Below, piece after piece: positions 60,661 through 64,000 of a DNA stretch of 64,000 bases. A program made the translations under genes and the position numbers. Location of the stretch: IMG/VR virus record IMGVR_UViG_3300032318_002198. One strand, 5' to 3'. This DNA is from a virus (lineage: Duplodnaviria; Heunggongvirae; Uroviricota; Caudoviricetes). Under the pieces are notes generated by a model. The model was given only the letters and a program-made list of their open reading frames with translations, ran no database searches and was not told the origin of the DNA. Positions within the stretch are counted from its first letter, which is position 1. Every line of letters begins with the position of its first letter.

Positions 60661-61122
60661 TTAGGTTTGGAGTTGGAGTTGTTCCAACTTTGCCATAATC
60701 TCTGTGTAGAAGATTTGATATTTGACCATACGGGCGATATCCTTTTCAGTAATGCCCTTGAGTCTACGGATATCTGTGTTGTGACGTAGATCCGCAAGTT
60801 TTACACGCATAGCATCCACGTTTGCAAATACAGTTTGTTTGTATTCGTCGTAGGTCTGTCCGGGCTGTTTAGTCAAGGCTGTTATGCCCTTGATTACACG
60901 TTCAGTGATTCCTGCTTCACGCAAGTCCTTATATGTAACGTTGGTATCTTCAATGACATCGTGCCCCAGAGCAATGCTCATGAGTTCTTCGTCATCCGTC
61001 TTAAGATAGTGCATAACCTTAAGGGGATGGAGGATATAGGGGTTGCCACCCTTGTCGTATTGTCCAGCATGAGCATTAGTGACTATCACCAACATCTTGC
61101 CTAATAGTTCGCCTTTTTTCAT
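60661..61122 (-). CDS. HD-domain hydrolase, SpoT/Mesh1-like
   Basis: AHAGQYDKGGNPYILHP, LGHDVIED, VKLADLRHN. Confidence 0.8.
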   Translation of the reverse strand: MKKGELLGKMLVIVTNAHAGQYDKGGNPYILHPLKVMHYLKTDDEELMSIALGHDVIEDTNVTYKDLREAGITERVIKGITALTKQPGQTYDEYKQTVFANVDAMRVKLADLRHNTDIRRLKGITEKDIARMVKYQIFYTEIMAKLEQLQLQT

Positions 61123-61219
61123 AGTTGCCTAATTGTTGTACAGCGGGGTTTATATATGTAAGAACCTTACAGCGGGGTATTTACGTTCTTGCTATATACA
61201 TACTTGTAGTATATTGCCA

Positions 61220-61450
61220 TCACAGTGTAGTGTCAAGAGACCAACCTTCTATCTCAAGTTCTTCCACAGCTTGGTTAAATAGATCTTCCCAAAAGTGTAC
61301 ACTTTCTGCTACCCTAATATCTTTCTTTCTTTTTGAAAGATGAGTTCCTTTTTGGTATACGATCCACACATGATTTTCGCAATAGCTACGATTAGGCACA
61401 GTGGGATGTGTACAACCCTCTCCATGTCCTATCCAAGTACAAGTTTTCAT
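61220..61450 (-). CDS. GcrA C-terminal-domain-like small protein
   Basis: TCTWIG...C...SYCENH..IVYQ resembles the GcrA CxWPxG...C...YCxxH...YQ motif. Confidence 0.5.
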   Translation of the reverse strand: MKTCTWIGHGEGCTHPTVPNRSYCENHVWIVYQKGTHLSKRKKDIRVAESVHFWEDLFNQAVEELEIEGWSLDTTL

Positions 61451-61680
61451 TTCCCCTCCTCCAAGATTCTGTCAATGTCACGACGTTCCTTGGGGGAAGC
61501 ATTCTTGTAATATTGTATACCGACCATGACTCCATTACGATAAGCAATGAATTCTAATACTAGAACGATAGCTAGAAAAGAAAGGATCAACCACCAATGA
61601 GTGCCTGTGGGGTCAACAGCATAAGCCATTAACCCTACACAAGACAACGCCGCAAGTTTTTGTAACCAAGTATTAATCAT
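61447..61680 (-). CDS. Small membrane protein
   Basis: Two hydrophobic segments; coupled to neighbours. Confidence 0.55.
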   Translation of the reverse strand: MINTWLQKLAALSCVGLMAYAVDPTGTHWWLILSFLAIVLVLEFIAYRNGVMVGIQYYKNASPKERRDIDRILEEGK

Positions 61681-62543
61681 GTGCGACGCATAACTGTAGT
61701 CTTTGCCATAGCTTGCCAGTTTTCTGGAAATGCTTCGCGTAAATCTGCAACCTTCAGGATTGTTCTCAATGACAGTTCTCGGAGATTGTCTTGATTACCT
61801 ACTACAAATTCGACTACTTCGTCCTTGGCAATATCGGATAAACCATCTCGATCATCTAACATTCCATCATCGACTACTTGTTTAATTCTTAGCATTCTTT
61901 CTCGAGTTGTTGACATCTCGAGGTCAATATAATGACAACGTGATTCTAATGCTTCGAGGTGGGCACGAATCTTTTTACTACGAACAAGATCAAACTTAAT
62001 ATTGGTGATAAAAATGGCACTCCCACTGAACTCAAATCGGTCCGGAATGCCTTCTGAACGAAGAATACGACTATCGGTGTTCCATGCGATCCATCTTCGT
62101 TTACTCGAATCCAGTGCTCCTTTGAGCAAATTCAACGATAATTCATCCATAAGGATATCGTCACAGTCATCGAAGACTAGTACGTTCTTAGGCTTGGAAT
62201 ATTCGTAGAGTTTAGAATAAAGGCCGATTGCCGATGAAGCACCCTTGACAATCTCGTATCTGGGTTTCTTTTCGGCGATGGTATTGAATAGATCGTCTTT
62301 TTGGAGCACTTCTTCTACTCCAAAACTCTTGCCCACACCCGGTGGACCACTAACGATCATAGCACGAACAATGCCTTGTTTTACAGCCTTGGTCATGTCT
62401 GTGAGGATTTGAAATCTCTCACGTAATCGATCAATGATTTGTTGATCGGTTTCTCTAGCTACTGCTAGTTCTCTCTGTTTGATTGCATCCGAATCAAATT
62501 CGAGAATTGTACTGCCTTTATCTGCTTTCGATGGTCTACCCAT
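61677..62543 (-). CDS. P-loop/AAA-type ATPase
   Basis: GPPGVGKS, LVFDDCD, IFITN, SR; promoter TTGACT-18-TATAAT at 62577-62606. Confidence 0.8.
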   Translation of the reverse strand: MGRPSKADKGSTILEFDSDAIKQRELAVARETDQQIIDRLRERFQILTDMTKAVKQGIVRAMIVSGPPGVGKSFGVEEVLQKDDLFNTIAEKKPRYEIVKGASSAIGLYSKLYEYSKPKNVLVFDDCDDILMDELSLNLLKGALDSSKRRWIAWNTDSRILRSEGIPDRFEFSGSAIFITNIKFDLVRSKKIRAHLEALESRCHYIDLEMSTTRERMLRIKQVVDDGMLDDRDGLSDIAKDEVVEFVVGNQDNLRELSLRTILKVADLREAFPENWQAMAKTTVMRRT

Positions 62544-62602
62544 TAAATTACCTCCGATTGGTTATAACATTTGTGTATTATAACCTCTCGGGGGTATTAA
62601 AG

Positions 62603-62788
62603 TCAATCGCGTTCTCGTCCAAGTCGATTTTGTATCAATGCTTTTCGGCGTTCTTCCCAATCACGATCTTCTCTGGTGGGTTTGGGTGCAGGCTTGCGAC
62701 CACTGACAGTAACAGGTTCATCATTTTGGATGTCCAGGGAATCCTCGTTGTCAAAATCGAGGTAATCATCTGGGTTAATACGCGGCAC
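62603..62788 (-). CDS. Small hypothetical protein (GTG start)
   Basis: AAGGAG SD before GTG at 62788, immediately downstream of the tRNA. Confidence 0.5.
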   Translation of the reverse strand: MPRINPDDYLDFDNEDSLDIQNDEPVTVSGRKPAPKPTREDRDWEERRKALIQNRLGRERD

Positions 62789-62816
62789 TTTCTTTCTCCT
62801 TTGGGTTTTAAATGTT

Positions 62817-62893
<77 letters not shown>

Positions 62894-62929
62894 ACATTGA
62901 TCTTATTATATGGTGGATTTATTTATCCG

Positions 62930-63136
62930 TCAAGATTCTGACTTAGTGATACTCGGCTTGAACAAAAACGAACACAATATCGAAATCCCCCAAGCCTGTA
63001 GCCAGGTAATTTCATTCACACCGGTGATTGCACCGACCAAAGCTTTGTTCCACAACCACCAAACGGGCAATGACAACACTGCACTGAGCAGCACACCGAT
63101 AATAATCGTGCCAATGAAAACCGTTACTACGTTCAT
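62930..63136 (-). CDS. Small membrane protein
   Basis: WWLWN...ITWLQAWGISIL pattern; GGAG SD. Confidence 0.6.
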   Translation of the reverse strand: MNVVTVFIGTIIIGVLLSAVLSLPVWWLWNKALVGAITGVNEITWLQAWGISILCSFLFKPSITKSES

Positions 63137-63138
63137 GT

Positions 63139-63315
63139 TCAAACTCCAAACAGAAAGTAATCCAACTCAACAGTCAGTTGAGCACTCTTTTGTTCTTCTG
63201 CAATCTCTTGCAGTTCAGCGTTGGTTTCCTGTTCAACACCTTCAACGAACAAAGCCCACAAAGAGTCATGACGTTCTTCGACGCTATTACGCTTTACAAA
63301 TGCAATATATTTCAT
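63139..63315 (-). CDS. Small acidic protein (58 aa, not in ORF track)
   Basis: MKYIAFVKRN...; AGGAG SD; promoter at 63344-63372. Confidence 0.55.
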   Translation of the reverse strand: MKYIAFVKRNSVEERHDSLWALFVEGVEQETNAELQEIAEEQKSAQLTVELDYFLFGV

Positions 63316-63481
63316 ATCGACTCCTGTGTGTTACTGTTCTTGCAGTTTATGCTCGAACAAAGACCCTGTCAACCAATCGAGTATGTTTCGCCGCGGCGCA
63401 CGCCAATCTTGTCCAACAGTTCCTCGTTCGTTATGCTCAGCCGGCAAAGTTCCACAGCGGCCTGATCCATCTGGGCCAGTG

Positions 63482-63538
63482 TCACGCCCGTGTGGTCTTG
63501 CCGCTTCCGGGCAGGCCACGAATACGTACCAATTCCAT
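63482..63538 (-). pseudogene. Remnant N-terminus of a P-loop kinase
   Basis: AGGAG SD then MELVRIRGLPGSGKTTRA-stop. Confidence 0.6.
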
Positions 63539-63557
63539 TGTGTTCTCCTGTGTTTGT

Positions 63558-63577
63558 AAAGCCCGCCGAAGCGGGCT
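63558..63577 (-). terminator. Hairpin with cUUCGg loop just after stop 63581
   Basis: agcccgc-ttcg-gcgggcttt on the - strand. Confidence 0.7.
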
Positions 63578-63580
63578 GGT

Positions 63581-64000
63581 TCATGCTTCGATCAACCGTT
63601 CCAGCAGCATGCAAGGGTCGAAGGTTTCCCACGGCCCCGCCGCCTGTGCCACCGTCACCACCGCACAGCGCTGACCCGCGCCGGCCAGCGCCGCCCACGC
63701 CGCCGCCGCCGCCGTCTCCGCCGCCTCCGCCGCCTCCGCCGCCTCCGCCGGCCAGCGCCGCTTCCGCCGCCTCCGCCGCCTCCCTCGCCGCCTCCGCCGC
63801 AGCCTTTGTGCGCTCGGTGGTCATGGTCCGCCATTCACGGCCAAACCCGTGTTTGTCCGCCAACGGTTGGAGCGTAGGCAACACAGCACCCCACATCCAA
63901 TCCAAAATTATGGCTAGGCGTTCCTTTTCCTTCGCCCGCCCTGTACCCGCTGCGCGTGGCAGCAGAGACTTCCAACGGTCGGAGTTGCGCATGTTGTCGG
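63581..64000 (-). pseudogene. Ala-rich repeat protein, 5'-truncated by the window, +1 frameshift near 63750
   Basis: The Ala-repeat frame resumes after one extra base and ends WETFDPCMLLERLIEA-TGA at 63581, followed by the hairpin. Confidence 0.65.

Noticed and set aside
63369-63992. 207-aa poly-Gly ORF from the track
   Set aside because: Poly-Gly is the out-of-frame reading of an Ala repeat; the ORF also runs through a terminator-like hairpin and another gene's SD/start.

Overview
This window is part of a large T4-like (jumbo-type) myophage genome in the standard genetic code. The AT-rich ~1-54.9 kb holds, in order: a 5'-truncated Asn/Gly/Cys-rich repeat fibre with a C-terminal S74-type chaperone; a ~10 kb glycosyl/sulfo/methyl-transferase and oxygenase cluster; neck, sheath, tube and head-completion genes; a terminase large subunit fractured by an atypically split intein with an endonuclease gene between the halves; gp32/UvsX/UvsY/UvsW; an ADP-heptose (HldD/HldC/HldA-like) cassette; a mini DnaE fragment; primase and helicase. 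Many of these genes follow T4-type late promoters (TAAATA). From ~55 kb the sequence is visibly GC-richer and consists of small, separately promoted early-type genes (RadC/JAB, HD hydrolase, GcrA-like, ATPase, tRNA-Arg(UCU)) with many repeats and hairpins. The most notable observations are five. (1) A ~1 kb island almost purged of GA/TC dinucleotides, encoding a 203-aa protein with only 3 Asp/Glu. (2) A near-perfect copy of the terL DEFAFV-coding sequence overlapping the late promoter of the endonuclease inside the split intein, a candidate autorepression operator. (3) Apparent ATT/ATC start codons on two genes directly behind endonuclease insertions. (4) A possible phage fibre heptosylation/sulfation system. 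(5) A frameshifted Ala-rich NNG-variable repeat gene at the right edge. All family assignments come from motif recognition by eye, with no database searches.
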